Assembly (NCBI RefSeq): GCF_006345805.1 | Contig: NC_043012.1 | Location: forward strand, 10,664,001 to 10,728,000 | DNA from: Octopus sinensis | Taxonomy: Eukaryota | Reading direction: 5' to 3' | DNA length: 64,000 nucleotides | Shown here: positions 26,427 through 39,302 of the stretch, piece by piece | Layout: each line of letters opens with the position of its first letter | Numbering within the stretch: position 1 is the first letter of the stretch | Notes under the pieces: generated by a model | Told to the model about the DNA's origin: nothing | Databases searched by the model: none | The model's input: only the letters and a program-made list of their open reading frames with translations | Program-made: the position numbers and the translations under genes

Positions 26427-26973
26427 CATTCACCTACTACAGTCCAGTCCATACTACCACGTCACATTATACCAACCACAATAGACACTACTACCAGAAC
26501 CACAACTGATACAAGCATCACCACTACCACTGGTACTACTACCACAAACAAACACATCTCGCCAATCAAGCTATCACAACAAGGCACTGCTATCATAAAA
26601 GGAAGCTGTGCTGTTATCACAGTTCTCTCAGACAACTATAGCCATCACAGGCGGTAGCAATTGTATAGCCACCACAGATCTACTACTACTATCACCACAA
26701 CCATCACTTGCAGTAGTCATGTTACACACACCACGCAACTACTACTACAACTACGACTTACCCATCACTGCCATTAGGTGAGAGAGAACAAGCTGGTGTC
26801 TTAAAGGGAAGCTCTACTGTTGTCAGTTATTCCGTCTCTAAACACAGGCAGACGCTTTCGTGTAACAATATGGCTATATAGCAGCAGCAGCAGCAGCAGC
26901 AGCAGCTTTGCAACATGTAATCGCTTATACATACACACTGGATGGTGGTGCTGATATGTACGTTGGTGAAGGT

Positions 26974-27370
26974 AAGGCGGCGAGCTGGCAGAGACGTTAG
27001 CACGCCGGGAGAAGTGCTTCGCGGTATTTCGCCCGTCGCTACGTTCTGAGTTCAAATTCAGCCGAGGTCGACTTTGCCTTTAATCCTTTCGGGGTCGATA
27101 AATTAAGTACCAGATGTAATCGACTTAATCCGTTTGTCTGTCCTTGTTTGTCCCCTCTGTGTTTAGCCCCTTGTGGGTAGTAAAGAAATAGGTATTTCGT
27201 CCGTCGCTACGTTCTGAGTTCAAATTCCGCCGAGGTCGACTTTGCCTTTCATCCTTTCGGAGTCGATAAATTAAGTACCAGTTACGCACTGGGGTAGATA
27301 TAATCGACTTAATCCGTTTGTCTGTCCTTGTTTGTCCCCTCTGTGTTTAGCCCCTTGTGGGTAATAAAGA
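26974..27370 (+). mobile_element. SINE family B, tandem dimer
   Basis: A full copy followed directly by a second unit that starts at GGTATTTCG. Confidence 0.88.
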
Positions 27371-27722
27371 AACAGATATATACGTTGATGAACGTGCCTG
27401 TAATTGCGTGTACGTGTGTGCATACGTACTACTATATATGTATATATTCTTTTAGTTGTATCTGGCATTTGACTGCGGCCACGCTGGACCACTACCTTAA
27501 AGGGTCCTTCTTCCCTTCTTTCCTGAGCGTCCAATAATACTTTATTTGTTCCACATCCTCGCGTTGTTGTCTTTTTGTTTGGATTAACTTATATATATAT
27601 ATATATATATATACGCACACACAGATGTGTGTCAGTGTGTGTATATGTTTGTGTGTCAGTGTTTCACCCCCCCCCATCGCTTGACAACCGATGTTGGCGT
27701 GTTTATGTTCCCGTAAAATAGC

Positions 27723-28267
27723 AAGACTTCCACCTCACCCAAAGCACCCTTAAAACTTTTTTTTTTTTTTGACACAAACCCTGCTTTTCGGCTACAGGGA
27801 ATACGAATCTGCCAAAAAATTGGCAAAAATCGACATTTCTAAATTAACACCCACCACCCCTATTTCCTTCATTTTAAACTTTTCTCACAATTTTTTCTTC
27901 TCAAAATATGCGGAAAAATATGGAGATTATAATTCTAAAAAAAAGTTTCCAAAATCTTTGTAAAATTTTTATTTAAAATTTTTTCCTTTCTAAATATGCG
28001 GAAAAATACGGACATCAGGATTCGGACAAAAATTTCAAACCATTTCTGTACTTACGGTTACGGTTTTAGGGTTAAAGTTTTAGGGTTAGGGTTAGTATTG
28101 CGGAAAAAGTTAGGGGGAATGAGGGGTGCGGTGGATTTTTCACCATGCCGATTTTTGGCAATTTTCCGGAACCTCCGTATCCGAAAACGGGGATTTTTGG
28201 CAAAAAAAAAATTTTAATAAACAAATTTGGGAGAAAATGGTGGGAGTGGGGACGGGCGGAAGTCTTT
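27723..28267. mobile_element. Palindromic MITE-like element with internal TTAGGG-like repeats, inserted in a family A SINE
   Basis: Ends AAGACTTCC(A)CC / GGCGGAAGTCTT, imperfect long arms, and SINE sequence on both sides. Confidence 0.65.
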
Positions 28268-28389
28268 CCAAAATAAGTACTAGGCTTACAAAGAATAAGT
28301 ACTGGGATCGATTTGTTCAACTAAAGGCGGTGCTACAGCATGGCCGCAGTCGAGTGACTGAAACGAATAAAAGAATATATATATATATA

Positions 28390-28620
28390 TATCTTTTACT
28401 TGTTCTAGTTATTACACTGCAGCCATGCTGAAGCAACAAATACAAATACACAAATATATATATATACGACGGTTTTTTTGTTTAGTTTCCGTCTACCGAA
28501 TCCATTCAGAAGACTTTGGTCGGACCGAGGTTACAGTAGTAGACGCTTGGCCGAGGTGTCACCCAGTGGGACTGAATTCGGAACCATGTGGCTGAGAAGC
28601 AAACCTCTTACCACACAGCT
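28390..28620 (-). mobile_element. SINE family A, diverged and deleted
   Basis: Homology to the family A head. Confidence 0.7.
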
Positions 28621-29732
28621 AAAACTATGACTATATATATATTTCACTGATGCTGCTTTCCTCGAGAGGTATTCAGACTTTCCAACCTGAACTTTATCAC
28701 AATTTCCAATTAATATACAAAAATATATTTATGCATTGAGTACTTACAAGCCTCGAATTTTCTTTTAATCCTCCACATAGCTCAACAACTCTTCGTGAAG
28801 CCTGACGCACGAGACGTAGCACATCAACAGCCGGGTATTCTTTCGTTAATCACGCAGACTAAAATCTTACCCATGTCTGTTTTACGATCTTCATATCTTT
28901 TAGGGAGAGAATTAATTGGTGTTCATGGTATTGATAGGAAGTTCGATTCCAATTAAAGTTTAGTTGCTTGTGTATTTATAAAAGAAATCATTTTCTCCCA
29001 TCATTGAATTTAAACTTTGATGTAAAACACAGAACGAAGGTTCAAATCCAGTTAACATTATATTTAAGATTTTGTTGCTTTATTTTCTAATTAAGATGAA
29101 ACTAATATCTTGCTATCTTTGTACCTCATCAGTACAGCTCATAGACAATTGCATTTCGAAGTAAATATATTTTTCAAAAAGTTATGGGTAAACTACAAGC
29201 GTGTAGATATATGGAATGAAGAAAGACACCTTCGTCCACTGAATAGCAAAATTTTGTTTTAATTTTTTTCCCATTTACTTTATGTTTTTCATATATCTAT
29301 TCATCCATTTCCTATCATCCATAAACACTAGAATCTGTTTAAAGAGGGGTGCTTATGTTTTTTGTTTTTAGTGGCAGGGGTGGGGTATATATTTTATATG
29401 CTGAAGGATTAATAATAATAACAGTAATAATAACGGCAACTTGGTCGCAGTTTGATTCGTAATTCTGCTGGGTCGGACTGACCTAGGGTTAAATAATAGC
29501 AGTTAAAGTCAGAAGAAGGATGAACCGAAAAGGGGATGTCTTATGTTGAGGATCAACCTGCTAGAAATAATAACCTCATTATTCAAATTTCACTGCTGAT
29601 TTGATAACGAGGTCACTCACACAACTAATGTCGAAAACCTGGGTGTGTCTTAAACATTGAACAGTGTTGATGGAATAGAATATATGTGTGTGCACAAATT
29701 CCACATCCTCGCCATCCTCTGTGTGTGTGTAT

Positions 29733-29789
<57 letters not shown>

Positions 29790-29794
<5 letters not shown>

Positions 29795-30160
29795 GGCAGT
29801 TTGTCTGTGCGTGTTTCTGTGTGTCTGTTTGCTTGTACCCTCACCCTGACCACGGCTTTCAACCGATTCTGATGAAACTTGACACACACATACCCAATGT
29901 CATAATTCAAAACTAACGCAGCGAAAATTTTGAAAAGTTCCCCCAGTTCTGAAAAAAGTCGATAAATTCGACATGGGGTCGAGAATCAGAAACACAAACC
30001 ATAAACTGTCTAGGGGACGCAACTCCACATTTTTTTACTCTCAAAAAAATTTACCATCATTTTTTTCCATTTTTTTGCTATTTTTTGGCTATAACTCTCT
30101 AAAAATGCTTTATAGTTATTTCCCTTACAAACCTGAGCAACGCCGGGCGATACTGCTAGT
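29790..30160 (-). mobile_element. Non-autonomous Helitron-like element, short form
   Basis: Near-identical to 10270-10657, between TA runs. Confidence 0.7.
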
Positions 30161-30261
30161 ATATATATATATAACCACCGATAATAAACTTAGATAAACT
30201 TGGGTATGTTTCGACCAAAGATTGGTCTAACTTAATAGCACCACCTGATAGGGTTATCTAA

Positions 30262-32270
30262 ATCCTTTTTAAATCAAGTTTTGTGATGTCATGGTCCATT
30301 CAAGTAGTGAGCTCTTGTTGAGTGAGTTGTATCCAGGTATGGGTGGCTTATCTGATATTCCTTGAAGAAATTTGTCCAGACTCCGCTTAAAGGTGATGGA
30401 ATCCTTTTCCTCTTTGATTAGTTTCGGGACAATGTTAAACAGGGCAGGGACTGTTGAGGAAAAGAAATTGTGTCGCAGTGTACCTATATGTTGTGATCCT
30501 GAATTGGGCTGGGGACGTATCACTCGTGGTCCCAGCCTTGGATGAACTTTGAAGCTAATGTTCAGGTCGTTTGGGCAATGCTGGCGGTATATTCTCCACA
30601 TCGTACAAATGATGTACCGCTCGCGGCGGTGCTGGAGAGAGTAGAGTTTTAAGGCTCTAAGGCGGTCCCAGTAATCGAGATCAGTCATGCCCTTAATTCG
30701 TTTAGTGAATGCCCTCTGGGGTGATTCAATTTTCGGGATGTTTTGTTTTGTATGGGGAGACCACATGGGGACAGCAGTATTCGAGGTGTGGCCGTACATT
30801 CTATGAGCTATATCGACCTTATTGTTGACGTGGTCACTCCAACTGAGATTGTTATCAACAATTACTCCTAGGTTTCTGATATTATTAGGTGCTGTGAGCG
30901 GTTCCCCTGAAAGAAGAGAATATGGCTGTTTTAGTATAGTCTTCCAAAATGCGTTTAGTTGCATTTTGTTTTTGTCTGCCCATTGACTCACCACATATAG
31001 ATCAGACTGGAGTTGAGCTTTTCCAACTCCAGCCTTTTCATTGTTGTTGAATGGGAATGTTGTATGTGGGAGTATTTTAATTGGTTGATTTTTTTTTATT
31101 GAGTCTTTTGATGTGCCTGATGCGTGTTTTTTTCTCTTTGGGGACCCGGTTTCTGTTTGGGTTAGTGGATTTCGTAGGAGCGTGTTTTGAGCATGTATAG
31201 GCGACAATGTTCTCAAAGTGCTGCCATGCAGTCTCAATGTGGGTGGAACTGAGAGTGAAGGACCAGTCGATGCCGAACAGATCTTTTCTGACTGCTCCCC
31301 AGTCCGCTTTGTGGATGTTTATGTTGTCAAATAAGTGCAGTGGAGTGTGATTGGCTGGTTTGGTTTTGATATACCGGGAATTAAAATTGCAGAGTATCAT
31401 GTCGTGGTCTGAGAGGAGAGATTTTTCAACTGAAATACTGTGAACGGAGCTAGAGTTTTTGGTTAATATTAGATCCAAAATCATTTTATTCTACCTTGCA
31501 CTAGCTGAATCAGGAAGAATTTATCCATTAGATTAAAGAGTAATTCTGCTGCTGCTTTGTCTGATCTAGAGCATTTGCCTAACTACAGAGTATTTGTGGG
31601 CCAGTTTTATGAGGGAGGTTAAAATCACCCATCACTAGTATGTTTCCGGAGTTGTATTTTTGAAGGAAGGAGTTGACTTTTTGAGGCACTCTTCAATTCC
31701 CTTTAGAGGTGCTTAGGGAGGCCTGTAAAGACCAACAATGATCATGTCTTTGGCCTTGTTGAATTGTGACACAGATTCACAATAGCTATGGAAAATATGC
31801 CCTTGGCATCAACTGAAAATAAGTCATGGAGAAAAATGGCTGCCCCTCCACCCCTTTATTTCGGTCTGTGCGATCTGCATGGGTGATGGTGAAATCTTTT
31901 ATTTTCACCTCGGCATCCATGTGTGTGCTGTTTAGGTGAGTTTCAGTAAGGATAAAGAAAGGGATGCAGTGTGCCGTTTCAGCAAGCCAACTCTCTATGT
32001 ATGGGATCTTCCAGTTTTGGTGCAATGAGTGATGAGTTGATGCCACGTACATTTAATAGGAATGTCGAGGTAAGGGTTGTTTGATGTTTGCATTGTTCTA
32101 AGAGCTCAGTGTTACGTTTTATGTTGTTCAGAGGTAGCAATGAGGGTAGTTTTTGTATGGGGCTGTGTGTGTGTGATTTTCTAGTTGGTGGTGGGTGGGT
32201 GTCGCTTGTGTTTTGCATAAATGGTTGCTGATAGCTCGTTAGATCTCCTGGCTTAGGTCGGCCTTCATAT
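30262..32270 (-). mobile_element. CR1/L2-group LINE relic: APE endonuclease plus RT C-terminus, RT core missing
   Basis: ILTETHL, VMGDFNLP, ILDLILT and SDHDMI, then LQSDL..VSQWA, RNLGVIVDNNLSW and DYWDRLRALKLYSLQHRRERY. Confidence 0.88.
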
Positions 32271-32436
32271 GTTCTAGATAAATTAGTAAAAAAAAAAAAG
32301 AGTTGCCTCTTTAGTTTGCCACGGCATTAGATAAATACTGGCGTCCATTTACTTGACTAAAGCCGTCAATGTTGTGCTCCAGCACTGCCGCAATTCAATG
32401 AGTGAAGAAAGTAAAAGAGTATACACACACACACAT

Positions 32437-32467
<31 letters not shown>

Positions 32468-32491
32468 CACATACATACACACATAAACACA

Positions 32492-32523
<32 letters not shown>

Positions 32524-33149
32524 TGACTGTGTGTGTGTGCGTGTTTATGTGTGCGTACGTGTGCTCAAATGCGCGCGATCCATTTTACATTTTTTTACGT
32601 TATTTTTTTCTTTCGTTGTTTTTAGATTGTATCTTTGAGAATGTAACATATCTTCCCCCATCGACATTCCTCCCTGGCTGGTCATTCATGTGTATGCATC
32701 TACGCCCAGGTCATCCTATAGAAACACAGGCAAGTTTCGAAAGGTCAGAGAGCTAAATAGAGCATTATAATAAAATAACCATTTCCGGTAGGCGAACAAA
32801 TACTTCAATGGAATTCGAACCTGCGTAGTTTTGGTGACTGAATATGAAAAAGAAAACAAATAAAACGGAAGATTTTATCAAACAAGTTAACTATAACAAA
32901 TGTTTGTACCAATTTTACACAACACCACCCAGATTCACAAGGGTATGTGTGCAAAGGACTTTATATATGTACACACACACACATATATATGCGTGCGAAC
33001 TGATGTATTTGAGAGTATCACCATAATATCTGGGGCAGTCACATCTAGCAGAATACCGCAGGATCGTACTGTCACGAAACATGCAACAAGGAAGAACAGT
33101 GATATGTTTATTTATATATGTGTGTGTGTGTGTGTGATATTCTTATAGT

Positions 33150-33490
33150 AAAGGCACATGGCTTAGTGGTTAGAGCGTCGAGCTTACGATCGTGAGGTTA
33201 TCAGCTCGAATCCCGGACCGGGCTGCGTGTTGTGTTCTTGAACAAGACACTTTATTTCGCGTTGCTCCAGTTCACTCAGCTGTAGAAATGATTTGCGACG
33301 TCACAGGCAGCAAAGCTGTATCGGCCCCTTTGCCTTTCCCTTGGAAAACATCAGTGGCGTGGAGAGGGGAGGCTGGTATGCATGGGCGACTGCTGTTCTT
33401 CGATAAACAACCTTGCTCGGGCTTGTGCCTAGGAGGGTAACTTTCTAGGTGCAATCCCATGGTCAGTGTCGTGATATTCAGGGGGTCTCA
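33150..33490 (+). mobile_element. SINE family C, full length
   Basis: A box TGGCTTAGTGG, B box AGCTCGAATCC and GTGTTCTTGAACAAGACACTT. Confidence 0.85.
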
Positions 33491-33614
33491 GATATTCATA
33501 TATATAAGTATATTCGTCACATAAGTGACGGAGGGTACTAAATAACTTTTAGCCACGTGAGTGCACTTTTCTAACGTCTGACAAGGGGAACAAGCTCCCT
33601 ACGGCAAGCGAGAT

Positions 33615-33665
33615 GGTGTCATATCAACGCTGATTTCAGATTTGATTAAGCTTCATCAGTGACCC
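33615..33665 (-). ncRNA. Type I hammerhead ribozyme motif
   Basis: GUCA-CUGAUGA-AG..CU-GAAA-UCAGCGUUGA-UA-UGAC. Confidence 0.7.
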
Positions 33666-33952
33666 ATGATCCCATCGCATTGTGAATAGCCACCGTAATA
33701 GTATATATGTATAGACTTCTTCTATACAAGTCCTTTGTATTAATTATTCCTCTCCTTACCTTCTTGTTTCATCGCGGCATAAGCAAAAAACAAAGTCTGG
33801 AAGATTCACAATGTAAAGGCGCACCTTTGATGCAAGTCTGATAAAGTGCTACTTTAATGTTTAAAACCACCAAATATTACGCAAAATTTCATATCGAATT
33901 GTTGCGTAAATTGATGTTGCAAGCAGAATTGACACAGAAACAAATATAACAT

Positions 33953-34127
33953 AGGCGCAGGAGTGGCTGTGTGGTAAGTAGCTTGCTTACGAACCATATG
34001 GTTCCGGGTTCAGTCCCACTGTGTGGTATCTTGGGCAAGTGTCTTCTACTATAGCCTCGTGCCGACCAGAGTCATGTGAGTGGATTAGGTAGACGGAAAC
34101 TGAAAGACGCCCGTCGTATATATGTAT

Positions 34128-34183
<56 letters not shown>

Positions 34184-34478
34184 ATATTACCAACAGTATA
34201 TTGGATAAATGATATCCCATAGTGGGTTACACCCATAACCCCTATATACATGTATATATATATTTATATATGTGTGTGTATGTTTGTGTGTCTGTGTTTG
34301 TCCCCCCAACATCGCTTGACAACCGATGGTGGTGTGTTTACGTCCCCGTAACTTAGCGGTTCGGCAAAAGAGACCGATAGAATAAGTACCAAGCTTACAA
34401 AGAATAAGTCCTGGGGTCGATTTGCTCGACTAAAGGCAGTGCTCCAGCATGGCCACAGTCAAATGACTGGAACAAGTA
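33953..34478 (+). mobile_element. SINE family A, full length
   Basis: Head and tail intact, with extra sequence in the central TA tract. Confidence 0.88.
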
Positions 34479-34502
34479 ACACACTAACGAACACAAATGG
34501 GA

Positions 34503-34600
34503 TTTAAAATTTACGACAGCTGTTTCGGTAGAAATTTTAGTGATGTATTCGTAGATTACATCATAACATATAAACCACCATCTTCAGCTAAAATTTTAAA
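34503..34600 (-). ncRNA. Type I hammerhead motif with extended stem II
   Basis: UUUAAAAUUUUAG-CUGAAGA-U-GGUGG...CUACC-GAAA-CAGCUG-UC-GUAAAUUUUAAA. Confidence 0.7.
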
Positions 34601-35134
34601 GAGATATGAACAAGTTGTTTTACCACACTTTAACCAATGTTAGTTGCAACTAGCCATTTCTGGCATCCTAGTTGTTCATGTGCCAAGATTCTAATAAATT
34701 CTTTGACTAATATACATACATACATACGTGTGTGTGTGTGTGTGTATGTGTGTGTGTGCGTGCGTGTGTGTATGAAGGCTTAATTATTAGACGAGAAAAA
34801 TAATCTCAATGTTAAATACTGAGTATGCAATATTGTGTTTGTGCGTGTATGTGGGCATACACATACACACACGCACATATACACACGCATACGAATGCAC
34901 GCATTTATGTTTCGCACGCCGACACATACAACATTATGTGTGTGTGTGTGGTGTGTGTGTGTGTATGTGTATGTGTGTTTGTGTTTGTTCGTTTAGGAAG
35001 ATTTAATACGTTAAGACATGTGTGAAATGTTGATAAGTGGAATTGTTTTAGATATAACAGATTGAATACTGTAGCTATAGATATAGGATATCTTGGACGC
35101 GGAAGGGGGCGCAGAGAGACAGCCAAACAGAAAC

Positions 35135-35164
35135 GTAGTAGTAGTAGTAGTAGTAGTACTTCTT

Positions 35165-35248
<84 letters not shown>

Positions 35249-35313
35249 ATACTACTACTACCACCACCACTGCTAATACCACCACCACCACCACCACCAC
35301 CACCACCACCACC

Positions 35314-35344
<31 letters not shown>

Positions 35345-35365
35345 TTACTACTACTACTACTACTG
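35135..35365. repeat. (TAG)n/(CTA)n/(CCA)n trinucleotide array
   Basis: Read directly. Confidence 0.95.
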
Positions 35366-35934
35366 ATTGTAGCTTAGTGATCCTGGGCGTAATGGTGGTA
35401 GGGTACGTATGTATTCTAGTAATATTAGTATTAGTGATGGTCGTGGTCGTGGTCTTAGTTGACGGAGGGGTGGCTGTATTTGGAGCGCTATTGCTGCTGT
35501 GGCAGTGACATTGATTTTAGACGTGGCGGTATCATTTGTATCAATATATGGGTTCTGCTTCTTCTGGTGGTCGTAGTAGCAGTAATGGTGGTGGTGGTGG
35601 TGGTGGTGGTGATGGTTGGGTAGCGGTGTGAGTACTACCGATGGTGTTGTTTGCGTACGTGTATGTATGTGCAGTTTGTTGTTGTGGTGTTGGTAGCGGT
35701 AGCCGGTAATATAGCGGTGTTGTTGTTGCTGCTGCTGTTATTGGTGTTGTTGTTATTTTAAGGACACCCTCTTAATGATATGTCCGTTTCAGTAAGTCAC
35801 CTGACCCTTGATGCTTATGACGTGGGTAAGGAAAGGGACAAACCTTAACCCTTAAAATTGGATTTACTACGGAAGCGTTGCAGAAACGTGTAACCGAAGC
35901 TCAGAGGCATTCTATGTCTCTGTCTGTCTGTTTA

Positions 35935-35983
<49 letters not shown>

Positions 35984-36729
35984 GTATATGTATATATAGC
36001 TGTACAGACAGCATTTCTCATATTTGAATTTAATGAAGTGAAGTTATGCAAGCAAACATTTGATAAAAACTCCCTCTAAGGTGTAATGATAAATACGACC
36101 AGCACGAGCGAAACACGATCGTCTCTTTCACAAGATTGCTTTCAAGACCAAATCCCACTCTCCGAGGCATCGTTTTTCAAAACAATTCGATCATCTGATT
36201 ATATTTGATGGTCTTAAGTGCCTAACTGCTAAAGAGGGAGTTTTACATCACGAATCACTTGGATAGACTTATTCAAGCGACGTTTTTGCAAATATGGCTT
36301 AAATATATATACATTCACGTGTGTGTGTGTGTGGGTGTGTGTGTGTGTGTGATGTCATCGTTGTCCTCAGCGTTCGCCTACTGTTACCAGCAGTTTATTG
36401 CTGTTGACGCTGCCAAAAGGGAATAATGTCGTTAAAAGCGCGAAATTGCAAGGGATTTTTGAACGATAGCTGACGAGAAAGGAGCGATGCCCGTCTTCTG
36501 TGAGTTTTCTGTCTGTTCCTTTGTTGTGTTTTTGTTTAAATTTTAGAACGTATATATTTCCTGATGGCATGACATTTCACTTTTCGTCAATAAGTACAGC
36601 TTTCTCTTACCTTCATGAGTGCAAATCAGTTTTAATATGCAATTATTTGCCTGTTTCTGTCCCAAGTTAAGACAGCATTAACCAGCAATCGCCATCTTTT
36701 TCTCGGAAGTTATAATCTAGCTTTATGTC

Positions 36730-37137
36730 CTATTTCTTTACTACCCACAAGGGGCTAAACACAGAGAGGATAAAGAAGGACAGACAAACGGATTAAGTTG
36801 ATTACATCGACCCCTGTGCTTAACTGGTACTTATCTTATCGACCCCGAAAGGATGAAAGGCAAAGTCTACCTCGGAGGAATTTGCACTCAGAACGTAACG
36901 GCAGCCGAAATGCCTATTTCTTTACTGCCCACAAGGGGCTAAACACAGAGGAGACAAACAAGGACAGACAAACGGATTAAGTCGATTATATCGACCCAGT
37001 GCGCAACTGGTACTTAATTTATCGAACTCGAAAGGATGAAAGGCCAAGTCGACCTCGGTGGAATTTGAACTCAGAACGTAAAGACAGACGAAATACCGGT
37101 AAGCATTTTGCCCGGTATGCTAACGTTTCGGCCAGCT
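36730..37137 (-). mobile_element. SINE family B, tandem dimer
   Basis: Two adjacent units. Confidence 0.85.
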
Positions 37138-37366
37138 TTTATATCCGCTGCGGTCGGCTTTGACTTTCATCCTTTCGGATTTCGATGAAATAAGAACCAG
37201 TTAAGCACAGGGGTCGATGTCATCGACTTGCTCCCTCCCCATAATTTTTAAAATTTTAGACACCAAACATTTGGCTTGTCTTTAAGTTTTATGTTCAAAT
37301 GCTGCCGAAGTCGACTTTGCTATTCATCCTTTCTGGGTCGTGGGGTTAAAATAAGTACGAGTTATG

Positions 37367-37399
<33 letters not shown>

Positions 37400-37416
<17 letters not shown>

Positions 37417-37612
37417 TCCCCACAACATCACTTGACAACCGATACTGGTGTGTTTGCGTCCCCGTAACTTAGCGGTTCGGCAAAAGAGGCCGATAGAATA
37501 AGTACTAGGCTTCCAAAGAATAAGTCCTGGGGGGGGGGGCGATTTGCTCGAATAAAAGCGGTGCTCTAACATGGCCACAGTCAAATGACTGAAACAAGTA
37601 AAAGAGTAAAAG
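37400..37612 (+). mobile_element. SINE family A, 3' half
   Basis: Tail with GTAAAAGA repeats. Confidence 0.85.
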
Positions 37613-38234
37613 AGGTCTACTGTATTTTGACGAAGAGACACGGAGCAGATTGTGACGACGCTGTGTTAGACAAAAAGAAAATGTGATAGCCACAGCTGGA
37701 AATATTTGTTCGTAAGTCATCTTGGGTCAGAACATATCTAGGGACTAACAACACAATAGTGGCTACAACAAAAACTTGCTTCCTCACCCTCCCGCTGTGG
37801 CTGCGCTGCTGCTGGTTCTGCTGCTTTCGTTGTTGTTTCGTTGTCTAGGCCAGCCTAGATTCAGCGGATACAGACTCAAAAAGATCACCAATTATCACCA
37901 ATGTATTTTATAACTAAAATAACATAACATGGTGTTTCCTGAAAAGCGCAGGCGTACACAAGCACACTCATTTACGCGCGCACAGGAACCCACATAAATC
38001 CACACGCGCACACACATTATATATACTCTTTTACTCTTTTACTTGTTTCAGTCATTTGACTATGGCCGTGCTGGAGCACCGCCTTTAGTCGATGTAGACA
38101 TATTCGGCGTAGACATATTAAAAGAGGTTTTTGCTCGATAATTTCTTCACAGACCGCCATTCTTGTCCATTGTTTCTGCTTAGTTTTTTTTTTAAATATT
38201 GTTTTTGTGTGGTTTCCTTTGTTTTTCTGCAAGC

Positions 38235-38281
<47 letters not shown>

Positions 38282-38859
38282 CTCTCTCTCTAAATATGAG
38301 CGATAATTATTTATGTTTTTCTGTGTTTTAATTTTGTAATTTTTAACGTTATTATTCTTCCGTTTTATTGAAATTTAAATGTTAGTAGGTTGAAGAATCC
38401 CGATTCCGAAATGTCTTATGCTCAAAGTTGGTAAAAGACTAACTGGAAGGGGACAGCAATGCGTTATCAAACAGAATATTTTAAGGTACTGACTGTGGAG
38501 CGGGGTATTGGAGAAAAATTGTTACAAGAGGCACGTTCTAACAGTTTTCTCTATTTTTTTTTTACTTACATACCATCTCTTTCTTCCTTCTCTCTTTCGC
38601 CCATGTATGTATATATATGCAAATGTATAAATGCATCTGTGTATGTATATGAATGTATATGTGTATGTATATGTATATGTATTTTAGTTGAAACATTACA
38701 TTAGGAGATAAAGTGGAAACTACTTCAAAGAAAAAACTTATCTTTATATCTAAAATAACATAACATGGTGTTTCCTGAAAAGCGCAGGCGTACACAAGCA
38801 CACTCGTTTACGCGCTCACAGGAACCCACACAAAACCACACGCGCGCACACATTATATA

Positions 38860-39083
38860 TACTCTTTACTCTTTTACTTGTTTCAGTCATTTGACTCTGG
38901 CCGTGCTGGAGCACCGCCTTTAGTCGAGCAAATCGACCCCAGGACTTATACTTTGTCAGCCTAGTACTTATTCTATCGGTCTCCTTTTGCCGAACCGCTA
39001 AGTTACAGGGACGTAAACACACCAGCATCGCTTGTCAAGCGATGTTGGGCTGACAAAGACAGACACGCAAACATATACACACA

Positions 39084-39120
<37 letters not shown>

Positions 39121-39302
39121 TATATATATACATATATACGACAGGCCTCTTTCAGCTTCCGTCTAAGAAATCCACTCACAAGGCTTTGGTCGGCCCGGGA
39201 CTATAGTAGAAGACACTTGCCCAAGGTGCAACGCAGTGGTACTGAACTCGAACCATGTGGTTGGTAAGCAAGCTACTTACCACACAGCCACTCCTGCGCC
39301 TA
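38860..39302 (-). mobile_element. SINE family A, full length
   Basis: Complete copy. Confidence 0.9.

Noticed and set aside
30198-30230. GACCA/TGGTC hairpin plus GAAAC on the minus strand
   Set aside because: The CUGANGA strand is absent.
35760-36720. Repeat-poor stretch that might hold a promoter or exon
   Set aside because: No recognisable protein or confident splice pair. It needs RNA-seq or conservation data.
38375-38455. Possible fifth rearranged hammerhead (TTAGT..TTCCGAAA..ACTAACTGGAAGGGG)
   Set aside because: No CUGANGA match and no stem III.
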